From positions 62,001 through 126,000 of the forward strand of contig CBFFRP010000425.1 in NCBI GenBank assembly GCA_965644295.1: DNA of 64,000 nt, given 5' to 3'. The stretch's first letter is position 1. Each line of letters starts with the position of its first letter. Shown piece by piece: positions 47,099-60,194 of this stretch. This DNA comes from Paraphysomonas bandaiensis (Eukaryota > Protista > Chrysophyceae). The position numbers and the translations under genes are program-made. A model generated the notes under the pieces. The model saw only the letters and a list, made by a program, of their open reading frames with translations. It was not told the origin of the DNA and ran no database searches.

Positions 47099-47879
47099 GA
47101 ATGACTTTTCTCATGTTGTCTCACGGGGTATAATCGTAGCAAAACTGTGCTATGTGTTGCATCAGATTACAGCAATACTATTAATAATGTCTCGAGTTCT
47201 GTAATGCAAACTTTCGATATTAGTACGTCTGGTGGTTCACTTAAGTTGTCCAGTAATTCGTATTGCCGGTCGACTACTGTATTTCCTGTGGAATCAAGTA
47301 TTGATATGCAATATGTGGCCAGAATTCGTTCTGAAAGAGGAGAATTTGAACATGTTGAAATTCAGTGTAGTTTTCTTGCTGAGCATCAATTCAATGCCCG
47401 AAGAGATCGTCAAAGATAACACAAATTGTTGTAATCGACGAGAACCGAATAGTTTGGGTAGAGGCCAATGGGAGGTTACACTCGATTGACAGTTGAAATA
47501 ACAAGAGGATAGCTAAGAATACAGATATTGAACGTACGTTGAAAGCCAATAGCAAAGGTGTTTCGCGAAAGCCAGTGCTATATACACATAAGGGGAAGAG
47601 TTTGTTGACTTATACTCCTCTATCTGGTACCAGAATTAGTGATGTCCTTTTGTCAATTTCTTTAGAATGTTGCTCAGGAATTCTTCAATTCAACCAGGAT
47701 CCCTTGGTTCAAATGCGGGGCGGCAAAGCTATTCTTATGGAGCCCTATTATTCAAGGGCGAAAAAAAGTACTGTAGTTCGATTTAGATATATCTATCACA
47801 GCTATAGATAAAGTACTATCCAGCTGTACAGGAGCCTTTGTAACTCCGGGCTTGAACTCGAACACCGTATGTTTCAGCC

Positions 47880-47940
47880 CAGGACCTGGTAACTGTTAAT
47901 GGTAATGGTATTAATGGCCATTGATGGTTACCAGGCCCTG
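47880..47940. mobile_element. 61-bp hAT-like mini-element (copy in first duplicate)
   Basis: caggacctggtaac...gttaccaggccctg TIRs; the right flank is cut by the duplication junction after cttc. Confidence 0.7.
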
Positions 47941-48661
47941 CTTCTGTAATACAGCAATACTATTAATAATGTCTCGAGTTCTGTAATGCAAACTTTCGAT
48001 ATTAGTACGTCTGGTGGTTCACTTAAGTTGTCCAGTAATTCGTATTGCCGGTCGACTACTGTATTTCCTGTGGAATCAAGTATTGATATGCAATATGTGG
48101 CCAGAATTCGTTCTGAAAGAGGAGAATTTGAACATGTTGAAATTCAGTGTAGTTTTCTTGCTGAGCATCAATTCAATGCCCGAAGAGATCGTCAAAGATA
48201 ACACAAATTGTTGTAATCGACGAGAACCGAATAGTTTGGGTAGAGGCCAATGGGAGGTTACACTCGATTGACAGTTGAAATAACAAGAGGATAGCTAAGA
48301 ATACAGATATTGAACGTACGTTGAAAGCCAATAGCAAAGGTGTTTCGCGAAAGCCAGTGCTATATACACATAAGGGGAAGAGTTTGTTGACTTATACTCC
48401 TCTATCTGGTACCAGAATTAGTGATGTCCTTTTGTCAATTTCTTTAGAATGTTGCTCAGGAATTCTTCAATTCAACCAGGATCCCTTGGTTCAAATGCGG
48501 GGCGGCAAAGCTATTCTTATGGAGCCCTATTATTCAAGGGCGAAAAAAAGTACTGTAGTTCGATTTAGATATATCTATCACAGCTATAGATAAAGTACTA
48601 TCCAGCTGTACAGGAGCCTTTGTAACTCCGGGCTTGAACTCGAACACCGTATGTTTCAGCC

Positions 48662-48722
48662 CAGGACCTGGTAACTGTTAATGGTAATGGTATTAATGGC
48701 CATTGATGGTTACCAGGCCCTG
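48662..48722. mobile_element. 61-bp hAT-like mini-element with 8-bp TSD
   Basis: TIR 13/14 match; flanks tttcagcc (48654-48661) and cttcagcc (48723-48730). Confidence 0.8.
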
Positions 48723-49301
48723 CTTCAGCCTATAATACGCCCACAAGTATCGACAAGAATTAGTCATGAACAAGAATGCATGTAACTATACAATGGAGAA
48801 TGGAGAAATATGGTATGCAATATGTCACCAAATACCTTCTGTGGGATGAAAATTAAAGTAGTATTCATAAAATCCTTATTCTGCATAAACATTAACTACT
48901 CAACCAGCGAATTTGGTGATTCACTATTACTCTGTTGCCGAATTGAAATGAAGGCGTTAATTTGATACTTTAGAAGCTTACTTAAAGGGTAGAATGCATT
49001 GTAGTATAGTCTGAAATGTACTAGCAACCGTAAGACATATGCATATTACGGTCTGTTGTAAATTACTTACGATGCCCCAGCGTATTGATCCATATAGATT
49101 ACGATGTAACTGTAATAGGTAAACTAATTAGCTTAGACGCATACTTCCGATTATCCGGAATATACGTGCGACATGACTACCACATACATTGTTTGTATTA
49201 CATAGACATATATTTTCTAACTCTCAAATAAACACCACCACAAAAAACAAATTGGAAATACAATGGATACGGCGGTATGAAATGCCATAACGCTCCCTTG
49301 T

Positions 49302-50942
49302 CTATGCAACGTTTCCGTATTTTTCCTTCGCCAGACGAGGATATATTTTGGTCATTTTCGTTTTTGTCCACTGAGCTATGTGCGACAGCTTCACGTCGTC
49401 TGCATTAATTGTTTTTCCCCCGCCTCCGGCGACGTGTGCATCCTTATTCACTTTCCGTTTCTGTCTCCCCCTACCGAATGTCGACGTTCTCACACTAGGT
49501 AGCGGTTTCTCGGCACTGGTTGCGTTAAGAGATATCGTATGGTCATTAACTGTCTGTCGCGACCTCGGTCGAAATCTCGGGCGCAGCGTATCATATCTGT
49601 TTAAAGTTATCAGCATAGAATGGGTGAATCAATACAGCGCTCACTTCTCTCCCATCAATGGGATATCCTTCTCCGCTGTTGTCAGGAAACTGGACGATTT
49701 ATGATTTGGCATTTTAATCTATATAACAGCATCAGATGTACATACTATATAAGGTAGGCCTTGACCACCTCTATGCAACTCTTATCACAGGCTCCCCTAT
49801 ACTCTCCCGGACCTGCCCTTCCTGTCTCCGGGCGGGGCTCGGGAAGTCCAACCTGAGACTTAGACTTGAAGGAGGGTGCGAATCGCATCGGGTGCTGCTC
49901 AACTTCCGTCTTGAAAGTTATCTTAGTTCCAACGTCGGGGTTAATGAAATCCACACCGTAATTGTAACCCTCATCCCCTTTAGTGCGGGGGTCTACTTGT
50001 CTCTTGAGGTCCAGGTTAGCCCGGCTTGTTTCCCATGAAGATGCGCGGTCGAAATCATGGCTGAGTAAAAGACCCGTAGTCTTTAGATATCGTGGACTGC
50101 GGTCTTCAAACCGCTTAGCTCCACCAAATTTAACAGTACCAGAGGTAGAGGGCCGTAAGGGGGAAGTTTCCCTGAAGTAATACGAGGGCGACGGACACGG
50201 TGTCCCCTCAGGTACAACCTCTAGGCTCAACCGGCCGATTTCAATACTGTTAAACTTCAAAGCAGGCTGACTTATTCCATGTCTACCTCTGCATTACAAA
50301 AAACACCGATTATTATAAAACAGGTCAGAGTAGAATGCATACTTCTCCCACGCAGTGATATCATAGTCTCCAGGACCCATCTCAGTAGTTATTTGATTCA
50401 GAGGTTTTCTCTGGCTTCTAGAGGCAGACCATTTCCCTCCGGGTACCCTCCCCTCCTTCACCTGTTTCCACAATAATCCCTCCTCCTTGTCTACTCTACC
50501 CACACCTATTCGACCAGATGATGTGCTTTTCAATTTATCAGCGCGCTTGTAGATAGCAGCAGCGTCGTTGAAAATATATTCATATGTATTATCGGGACGC
50601 TCCTTTATATATGTTTTCATTGGACTCATAACATTCGTATCACTACATGTAACATATTCGCCTGAAGATATACACCAACACACCACATTCAGTATACACA
50701 TCAACCGCTCTGTGTGAGTTACCTGTTTTATTCTTTTTAGGAGGATCGACGATCTCATTAGTGTGATATATTTCACGTGAACGGAATCGATCTCTTCCGA
50801 ATTGAGAACTAAAGTCATAATGGTGACGAGATGGTGCATCTCCAGTGTATGCAATGGGCTTATCTTCTAATGAATCGTGCACTCGTTCAGATGTGTTCTT
50901 GTAGAAGAAACGGCCATTCATAAGGTCGAGCTTCTTAGGCAT
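49302..50942 (-). CDS. Spliced uncharacterised basic protein with PG-rich (PGxY, SHIPPO/STPG-like) motifs, possibly ciliary
   Basis: ORF pieces 50643-50942, 50294-50854, 49745-50260 and 49302-49616 are separated by GT-AG introns; motifs MGPGDYD, PSPSYY, AGPGEY. Confidence 0.55.
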
Positions 50943-51274
50943 TGTATACGTGTCTTACAGGTGCAATATCATAACAGGCTTATGTATGTATGTATATAGT
51001 AAATAGGAGTGATGGTGCCCTGCTTCTTAAGGGCGCTGTGTATGTGTATGTATCATATGAACTGTACGTGTACCTGTGTACGTGTATAGATACAGAGGGG
51101 CATGAAGGGTACACGTCCACCCCTATATGCTGTACGTTACAATATACCCCTCTATACACTACTGTATACCCTCTGTATAAGGGTATAACTGCTGATATAA
51201 GATGTGTAGTACACCTATCGGCAGTCAGCAAAACTCCTCTCTATTACTGAGATACAACTACGGCTGGAATACTG

Positions 51275-51333
51275 ATAGTTATTGCCTCAATAATAGAGGC
51301 ATCTTTGAACAAAAATATACAAGGATGCCGATA
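51275..51333 (+). repeat. ~60-bp dispersed upstream element, copy 1
   Basis: atagttattgcctcaataatagaggcatctttgaacaaaaatatacaaggatgcc, about 85% identical to 60135-60194. Confidence 0.75.
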
Positions 51334-51592
51334 GATGTACAGCTAGCTCTATGTGTGTATGTGTGTGTATGTATGTGTATGTATGTATAGGGATGCGTGT
51401 ATATAACTGTTAATATAACATCAGAGTGAAGTTGGTTTAGTTATACTCTCAGACACACCATCGGCACTTAATTGACAATTCCACCATAAGAGAGAGATGG
51501 ACATGATCATGCGTCATGTTATGAGCGTGTTTTACATGCGTTATATTGGCATATGTATATCTGTGTGCGAGTAGTGGCATCCTGATCGTATT

Positions 51593-54500
51593 ATGCCCAC
51601 TAGAAAACAAAAGAAGAAGAATAAGAAGAAGAATTTATCCACGGACACATCTAAACAAGATATCTATGACATAGACGTGATAGATGAAGACGAAGAGCTC
51701 ACCAACAATAGAATTTCTAATGGAAATGATGTAAATCGTGAAGAGTCTGCTCCATCTATGGAGGAGGCAGATGATGTTCCAGTTCATGTTGAAAGTAGAT
51801 CGTCTAAATCTGGTCGTGAAGAGTCTGCTCCATCTGTGGAAGAGGCAGACGATGTTCCAGTTCATGTTGAAAGTAGATCGTCTAAATCTGGTCGTGAAGA
51901 GTCTGCTCCATCTGTGGAGGAGGCAGATGATGTTCCAGTTCATGTTGAAAGTAAATCGTCTAAAGCATCTCGTGGTCAGAAATCTGGTCGTGAAGAGTCT
52001 GCTCCATCTGTGGAGGAGGCAGATGATGTTCCAGTTCATGTTGAAAGTAAATCGTCTAAAGCATCTCGTGGTCAGAGATCTGGTCGTGAAGAGTCTGCTC
52101 CATCTGTGGAGGAGGCAGATGATGTTCCAGTTCATGTTGAAAGTAAATCGTCTAAAGCATCTCGTGGTCAGAGATCTGGTCGTGAAGAGTCTGCTCCATC
52201 TGTGGAGGAGGCAGATGATGTTCCAGTTCATGTTGAAAGTAAATCGTCTAAAGCATCTCGTGGTCAGAGATCTGGTCGTGAAGAGTCTGCTCCATCTGTG
52301 GAGGAGGCAGATGATGTTCCAGCTCATGGAGGCGGTGGATTGACCGAATCTGGTGTTCAGCAAAGTGCTATGGGTGATGAATCTATGCCGTCTGAAGATA
52401 CTAAAGACGGTGGCTTGTCTAATGGCTATACTGGTACTGACGATGGCGGTGGTGCTATCGAAGAGAAATATTCGGACATTGTCGGAAATAAGTCTACTCG
52501 TAGTAGTAGTGACACTGTAGATGGTACGAAGGAAACAGCTGTGGATAATAGAGTGTTTGTGGACTGGATAGGTGACATGGTTGGACGGCCAGTGCTGAAA
52601 GCAGCCGAAGTGGTGATATGTGAGATGATGCTTCTACATTCACGTAGTGAGGGCGGTTTGTGGCGGTGGGTGATGTCTCAGATAGACCGTTTCGATGAGA
52701 TCAGTAGCTCACATTCGGAAGATAAATCGGATGCATCCAAAGCGGTCATGGTGGACATCAACACTGTATTAGATATTTGGGAAATGGAGACAGGTGTGCC
52801 CCTTTCCTCAAGCGCAATATGTGCTCTGCATGTGCGTTGTGGTTCCCTTATGGTGAGTGCTCTGCGAGAGGTATCTGCCTTAAGTCATCCCCCACCTCCG
52901 GGGGAGATGACTCCTGCCGCTCTTCCCAGCGAACGTCCTGCCCTTCTCAAAAAGATTCTTGGCAGGTTCTGTGCAAAGAAAATTCAAGAACATTTGACTA
53001 GCTCTGGACAGGATGCGGTTCTTGATAAGCGCCTCTTATGGGGCCTTGTTGAAGAACAGGAATCTTTACTATCTCTCTGGTTGGTACAAATGTCTCGTAT
53101 CAGTCCCTACATTGCTGATTTGGGCGCTGATGCCAGCCTCCCGATTGACCAAGAGCTATTGAAAGGACTTGCTATGCGATTGGGTATGCCAGCTCTGAGC
53201 AAGGAGCTCTTACTGGCATTCTCAAATTGGGCTCTTCGTGGTGTAGGAACAGAGATTCGGTTTAACTCTGATGGCACTGAGAGACCTCCCTTAGTACAAC
53301 TACAGTTGGCTTGCGCGGCGAGATGCAAAGAAGGTGAAGTGAAGACAGTACAAGAACAAATGAATATGCTGGTGTGTCCATACTCAGGACATAATGCCGA
53401 TGGAATTCCATCACGGTCTCTGCTCTCACTTTTTTCGAGTGATTCTACTGGTGCTATGGCGGATGTGCCACTCCATATCTTGTGCAAACATTTGAGACAG
53501 GAGAAAAGCGACCTCACAGACAGATTTATAGGCACTTGCATTATGATGTGGACGGGACTGCAGTGGGATGTGGAGGATGGTGAAGGTGAGCTGAAAAAGG
53601 GGATAAACCTCTTGCGGTGTGGAATGGCGTCTACTAATGCGTCGGACTCGTCTATTCTCGTACAACGGAACACAGTAATGCAATTCTTATTTCCCTTCGG
53701 CGTCTCAATACGCGGTGTATCCGTACTTGGCAAAGGGTACTACAGTAGAAAACTCCAGCCTATCGATTCGACGGAGAAGCTGCACTCATTTCTTGCGAAT
53801 AAATTCTTCATGAAATTTCGCAAGACGTATTGCAGTGGCGAGGATGGTCGTAAACGAAAGATACCATCAGATGTGCGTATATACGCGTCTGACAGTGCGG
53901 GGGGGAGGGGGGAGGAGATTTTACCTTCCAAGAAGACTATTGTTGCAGACGTATGCGGCGAGGACGACATAATTTTTATAGAGTCTGCATATGTGTCCGA
54001 TTTTCATGGAAAACACTTGTCTACTATGGAGCCTGAAACAGAACATCCACCTAGTACAGGTGTTAAGAAAATTGCTGACACGCTTACCAAACCATCAGTG
54101 GTGACGATCAAACCTGCCAAACGCTTTGACAGAGAGTATGACACTGCCCACATGTGGAGTGTACCAATTGTTTGTCGATATCTCCGTGAAGTTGTTGAGT
54201 TATCGCAGTATGAAGAGAATTTCCTGCGGTATGAGATCAACGGATACGCTTTCTTGTGTTTGGATGAGCCGTCAGTGGTTAAATGCTGCGGAACTAAGAA
54301 CACGATCCATGCTGCAAAGATAGCACTACATGCCGGGAACCTCAGAACTTGCGTGTTGAGGACAGCTCTGGACTTCCTTCCGTCATCACTGGAGGAATGG
54401 CATCCAGTCCATGTCGCCGCCGTTGTGGACAGTGACTTTCATGCACCTGAGGCTGCCATTCAGATACTTCGCCATCAAATGGGTGGGGAGAAGATTGTGT

Positions 54501-57500
54501 CTCTAGGCCTCGAAAACATTCCTGGGGCTGTTCAAAAGTTTAAGTGTCGGTCAAGTGAAATTAAGCGATGTACTGATGGGTTACTTGAACTTCTTTCGAC
54601 ATACCATAAGATGATTAAGGTTAAATCAAAAGAGCAAATTACTGAGCATGTTGTACCTCCAGGGAAAAAGAGTTCCAATGCCAAAAAAGAAACCGCGATG
54701 GCGAGGAGAAAGAAAAAGATTGAAAATGAGATGAAGCAACGGCGAATTGAGGCGAAGGATACCCCACCTTACGGGATTATTGAGGCCAAAGCAGGACAAT
54801 CTATGGAAAGCAAAGATGTAATGCAGCCGACTGTACGCGGAACAGATGAAGAATCGATAGAACATAACAGTAGTGAATGCACGGAAGAAAACGGCGGGGA
54901 CGAAGGCGAATCACACGTGAGTTCTGAGGCGAGTACTGCGTTGACCTCTCCTATGCTGGCAAGAGATACGAGTGACAATTTTGTCGATGAGAAAGACCCT
55001 GAAAATGAATGTTTTGGTCATTGTCTTGCCACTCCAGAGAGTGTATTAGCGGCAAACACTGAAGGTGTCAAGAAATCCTTTGAGAATACTATTCATAAAC
55101 AACCGATAGAAAAGACACAACAACCCTCTGAAACCCGAGAAATGGATCGTCAATCTCGTCCTAGAGGGAAGAAGGTTAATAAATCACGTCCAACTGCACG
55201 AAATGAATCGACGACGACAAATTCTGAACAGCATGATCTTATTCTTGAGCAGATCAAGGCACTTCAGAATGTTGTCGAAACGCATTCATCTGTGGTTAAT
55301 ACGTTGAGGAAAGAGAATGAGAAGCTTCGCAAGGAAAAGCGCCGTGCTGAACTAAAGGCGAGACATCAGCAGGAAAATAAAACTAACGAGAATAATATTA
55401 GAGAATTGATAGAACAGAGAGATACCGCCGTGAGAACACTCGCAACAGTAGCTCAACATTATGTGGAAAATGTCAATGGTGACAGCGCTATTGTAGATGA
55501 TACTGTTGAAGGGAGTCCCAATGGAGAGAGTGTAATAGTATCACAACCAGACTATGCTGTTCCTGTTCCTATGCGCAATAACCATGAAGAGCCTTCGGTT
55601 ACTCGGACTTCTGGTTTACATGACTCCCTTTCGGAAAAATCAGTTACAGGAAGGAACACAAGGCGTAATATTGCGGAAGAAATAAATGTCCCACACGCAG
55701 ACCATTCTGCACCTGAGACTAGGCGCAATGACCACGAGAAGTTATCTATCAGTCATACATATAAAACACAGCACTCGCCCGTGGCTAATTCAGTTTCTGA
55801 AGGAACTATGCGCCGCACAGAAGGCAACGAGGCGGTATCGCAACTAGACTATGCTGTTCCTGAGTCTAAGCATCGTGATGTCGCACAGTTTATTAGTGGT
55901 ACTTCTTCTCGAACTTCTAACATGCATCGTTCTCCTATGTTAAAGTTAGTGGATTCCACCAAGGATCAGAGCATCACTGAGTTGATATTGGATGATTGTA
56001 CTGCTGAGTGTAGCTTATGGCAGAAAATTTTAGAGGTGTATCGATACGAGAAAGAGCCGCTGGATATTGGAAAATTCGAAGATGGCGGCGCCGTGTTTAG
56101 ACGTATTGCCATAGCATGGATGAGGCTTGGGAAAATAATGTTCGATGATGCCACTGGGCTCAGTGCAGGTGGTTATGGGCATAGTATAGCTTATGTACAA
56201 TATTTACTGATACTATGTACAGATTTGTCCTCAGCTGTTGAACCTGAAGTTATGGCAGGGGTGCTTCGCACCATTCACTCGAGTGTTGATAAGATAAGGG
56301 GAAATGCATCGCGTACAGTTCACAGCAGTCTTCCTGTATTTGCCCTTTATGCTGGACTTGTCTTCACACTGGTATTGGCGCATAAAATTCTTAGAAAGTT
56401 TTCATCGAGAAACGATCACGTCAACTTGACGGTACGCTATGCGTGCACTATATTACTTATGAATAAACTTGAAATCTCTACAGCAACTTCTGCGCAGCCT
56501 CCGCAGTGGTGATGCTTTTCCCATGTCAGAAGTATCTCGAGAAGATTTAAAGCTTTTTCTTGAGGAATGTTTTCTTATGGACTGTGAGAAGTGGCACCTA
56601 GTAAGTATACACGTGATATTTTATTTACACTCTAAATATATTGTGTAAGGTTAATTCCATTTGCTTGAAGTTTGAAGCCGACAGAAATGGCTATCTCAGC
56701 TTGTCCAGGGTTATCAGTTCCTTTGAGAATCTTAATTGTCTTCATATCCCACTGAAAAGTCATAGAGATGGTCAATTGGGAGTCGTGTTTGTTGTTTGTG
56801 TTGCAACAGCACAGATATTGTCATTCAAAATGCGCTTCAGTGATATCGTAAAGAAAATTATTGTTGATTATAGAAAAGTATGCCCGTCGTTTTCCGCTTA
56901 CCTAGTCGACAGTCGAAATGAAGAATACTTCAAATCTTGTACTTGCGATGCCAAGTACGCCTCAGAGTCCGCTATTATCGCCGATTTTCTGTACGTGATG
57001 TTGTGCAATTATTTCGGTTATGATGCAGACAGTTTTTCTGGAATTGGTCTGGGAACTTCCACATTTTCAAAGAAACCGGTTGCGAAGAATAATTACTTTG
57101 ACGAGGAGATCTCTGTGAATAAAACAACTGTTAGCACTCCACTCACGTCCAACCCACCATATGTATCATTCATTGTATCTAACATTAGGCCTGTATGCAG
57201 TGCAGTGGCTAGAGCATTTTTTCTATACGACTACACTTCTGAGAGACGGCGGCAATGTGTATTTGATAGTCTTCTCACTCTTATTGTTACGTTTGTCGAC
57301 TTTTGGTCGAAAAGCCTGCTTGATTGTACAGATTCATCTCGCGAGATGTCAAGAAAGTTTAACCGAATTCTCTCTGATCTAGACGAAAGACTATGTACTC
57401 TGATAGGGACAGAGAATGCATCCAGTATTAGAGAAAGGTCTCACGACTTAAACGCAAAAGGAATGGAAAATTTGGTGTCCGAACTAATTGGAATTCCTCT

Positions 57501-58302
57501 TCCTGAAGGTCATTGTGGAGGCTCCTTGCTATCTTCTGTTGTGGAAGTATCATCTTTGTTTCCGAGCCGTGGCCTTATACAGACTACCATGTCTGATCGA
57601 GGTGCCACCATAGGCAGTGGTAATCATGCGCAGTGGTTGAGTGGTGACCAATCGTTCCCGCAGCCTCAAAGGCTTGACACTCGGTCTTCGCAACGAATGG
57701 CGAGAACTAGCTCCGTAGCTCCGACCGCACCTTCTTCGCCCTCTAAAAACGCCCGTCCTCATCCAGGAGCATTGGTGGACAGGACTTCTCAGCTGCTACA
57801 TTCCCATAGGTTGGAGCAAGTGTCTCTCTATCTTCATGCACTGAACGAAAAGTCCCGCATCCGCAAGACCATTCTCAAAGCATTGCTGGCGCTAATGCGA
57901 GAGTGCAAATCTTACGTACGTCGCAGAGACAAAGGTGGCGATGGAGAATCTTTGAGGGGCAGAACCTTTATGAATTTTCATTCTCGCCGTGAGGAGATTC
58001 TCGCAGATGTGCGTGTTCAGCAGAGAGTACTTTTGGACGACATGCAGAGGCAGTCGGGAACGCAAATGGAATTGGTAATCTAGTATCTTGTTTTGCTTCA
58101 ATTGATTTCATCATGAATTACATCGTAGGTCGTCAATCACGTCAAAAAGTTGTCAGCTGCGTTAAAGGCCAGCGAAGTAAGCGACCCCGATGGGTCTCTA
58201 TCAAAAGCAATTCATGAGACTGAAGAAATGGAGAACAGTATTTTACAATCAAACGATGATGCTCTTCTGCTTATTGATAGCATCAAACGATTGATGCAGT
58301 AG
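51593..58302 (+). CDS. Large protein with acidic N-terminal repeats, SAM domain(s) and coiled coil; spliced 3' part
   Basis: 1639-aa ORF plus 480-aa ORF plus a last exon ending TAG 58300-58302. SAM signature WSVPIVCRYLREVVELSQYEENFLRYEINGYAFLCL. The internal intron positions are not fully resolved. Confidence 0.7.
51737..52330 (+). repeat. Coding minisatellite of 57-bp and 75-bp units (REESAPSVEEADDVPVHVES...)
   Basis: Eight copies of EESAPS(M/V)EEADDVP in the translated ORF. Confidence 0.93.
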
Positions 58303-59572
58303 CACCAAGTTATTTTTGTTTTCTGTAAATACATACTTGTTTCAGACTAAGTGCAATACTAATTGCTCGTAGAAATAATAAACTATTGGTAGTATGAATG
58401 CTTAAATATTTGTGGTACCTCTTCCTAAGTTATATTGTCACCGGCTAACAGTAATATAGTTGAACGTATTGCGTATTGCAGATACTGTACAAGATAGTAC
58501 TATAGATACATAGGTATACGTCAGGGTTAGGGAACAATATATTGCAATTTTATTGTTAGTTTTGGTTGTGTCAATGCCATTACAGCTTAATAGTACAATG
58601 CTTACTTGAACTGTGGATCTGTAGCGGATTACTATATCTTTCCAGCAGCAAGTATGATATCCTTAGGATTGTACGCTACAGAATACAGAACATCACGAAA
58701 CTGCACTCCTTCAACGCTATCAATCAGATGATGTGAATTATTAATATATCAATTCTTATTTAAGAGTAGATATGTACTGCGCATGACTCAAACTGAAACT
58801 GGAATATTAAATTGTTTTACTGTCCGGAAAATATACACAGGTAGTTCTTCTTTCTTCTTTTATATTCTTGTGACTGTGATTATAAGTGGACATCGCTTTT
58901 CTGTTGAAGAAAAGAAGAAGATCACAGAAGATGTTCCTACATTTGAAATATGCAGTGACCTTTTTCCGTGATAAATATAAGAACTGCTATGTTTAGACAT
59001 GAAAACGCAAGCAAGTAAGGGGTGAATACTTCAAGAAGGCAAGAGGCAGGCCATAATCATAGGACAACTTAGGATTTTTCAAGTTTGAAGCTCACAATTA
59101 CTCCAAGACTCCCCCTGAATTGAAAGCCACTTTTAAATCATGCTGCCAAGAGACGAAGACCCTCAGAAAGCAGACACACAGAAATGGGAAGGGTATGGGG
59201 GACGCTTATGCTTAAGCTCTCCGTAATGTGTTTTTATGAATCTACCATTTCTTGCCTTTCTGACAACACACTCCGCTCTCCAGAAACGGTGGATCATTTG
59301 GCGTTTGTATCCTGTGATTGTCATCCCAGTCAGGTTGCAGTTCTGATGCAGCCACACTTCATTCAACTGTATTGGGTAGAACTCCATCACTTGCTTGTCT
59401 TACCATGTCTGAACATCGCAGTTATTCTTTTCATCTTCTGCAATCTTCTTCTTTTCTTCAGCAGGAAAGCAATGTCCACTATAATCTCTTTACCTTCCCA
59501 GAGATCTCCTTGCAACACCGCGGTGTCCACTCCTGTCCACGCATCATACATACATACAGCAGTGTAGTGTGT

Positions 59573-59968
59573 TAAGATTCTAGTGCTGTTTGATGCACCC
59601 ACCAATCGTGCAGGATATACCACTAATTTCAACTGCATGGATGTGTTTTCGTTTCCCGGTATTCAGAAGGATACGAGATGTCTATGGGTCGATGATTCCA
59701 GAGTGTCGATATTTCCTGGGGCGAGTGGAGTAGTTGGTGTGTCTGATGTAATTACACTGCGAGCGAATAAGATTCGAGCTAAATGTAAAGTCCTGAACAA
59801 TGGTCCTGCTTGCAGTACTTGGCAATTTAGTTCATTGGCCTCTATCAGAGTACATGCTCCGCAAACGCCTATTGTTCCCGCTCTATCGATTATATCACCT
59901 TCTCAGATTGGACCATGTGACTCACTACCTATAGATATTTCTGGATCCAAGGGATCAGGGGGGCGCCC
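59573..59968 (+). pseudogene. Isolated fragment resembling protist REJ/PKD-type large surface proteins
   Basis: VLFDAPTNRAG..FNC..VFSF.G....CLWVD...ITL..NKIRA.C...P..P.LSIISPSQIGPCDSL.IDISGSKGSGGRP. No start or continuation; embedded in simple sequence. Family assignment is from memory of the pattern. Confidence 0.5.
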
Positions 59969-60134
59969 CTGTGTATGCTCTGATCAGTGTACAGAGTATA
60001 CCTGCAGCAGCTGTATACATGTATGGTATATCAGTGCTGTATGCAGTGCTGTATGTATGCATCTTATTTTTTCGGAAATACATTGAAGCAAATATACTCT
60101 ACAGTACGTACATATAACTACGTATGTAATACAC

Positions 60135-60194
60135 ATAATTGTTGTCTCAATATTAGAGGCATCTCTGAACAAAAATACACAAAGAATGCCTATA
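60135..60194 (+). repeat. ~60-bp dispersed upstream element, copy 2
   Basis: ataattgttgtctcaatattagaggcatctctgaacaaaaatacacaaagaatgcc; matches 51275-51333. Confidence 0.75.

Larger units (their letters stand above)
47168..48726. repeat. Recent tandem duplication of 777 bp (47168-47944 and 47950-48726) with 5-bp filler TGTAA
   Basis: Offset 782. The ORF track gives identical peptides in both copies; no differences noticed by eye. Confidence 0.95.

Noticed and set aside
47840-47870. tRNA/SINE B-box-like sequence on the minus strand (gagttcaagccc)
   Set aside because: No A-box or cloverleaf could be built.
47147-48593. Short ORFs inside the duplicated block as genes
   Set aside because: Fragmentary, no recognisable motif, and present twice only because of the duplication.
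51635-52363. Overlapping 242-aa and 201-aa ORFs
   Set aside because: Alternative-frame and antisense shadows of the coding minisatellite.
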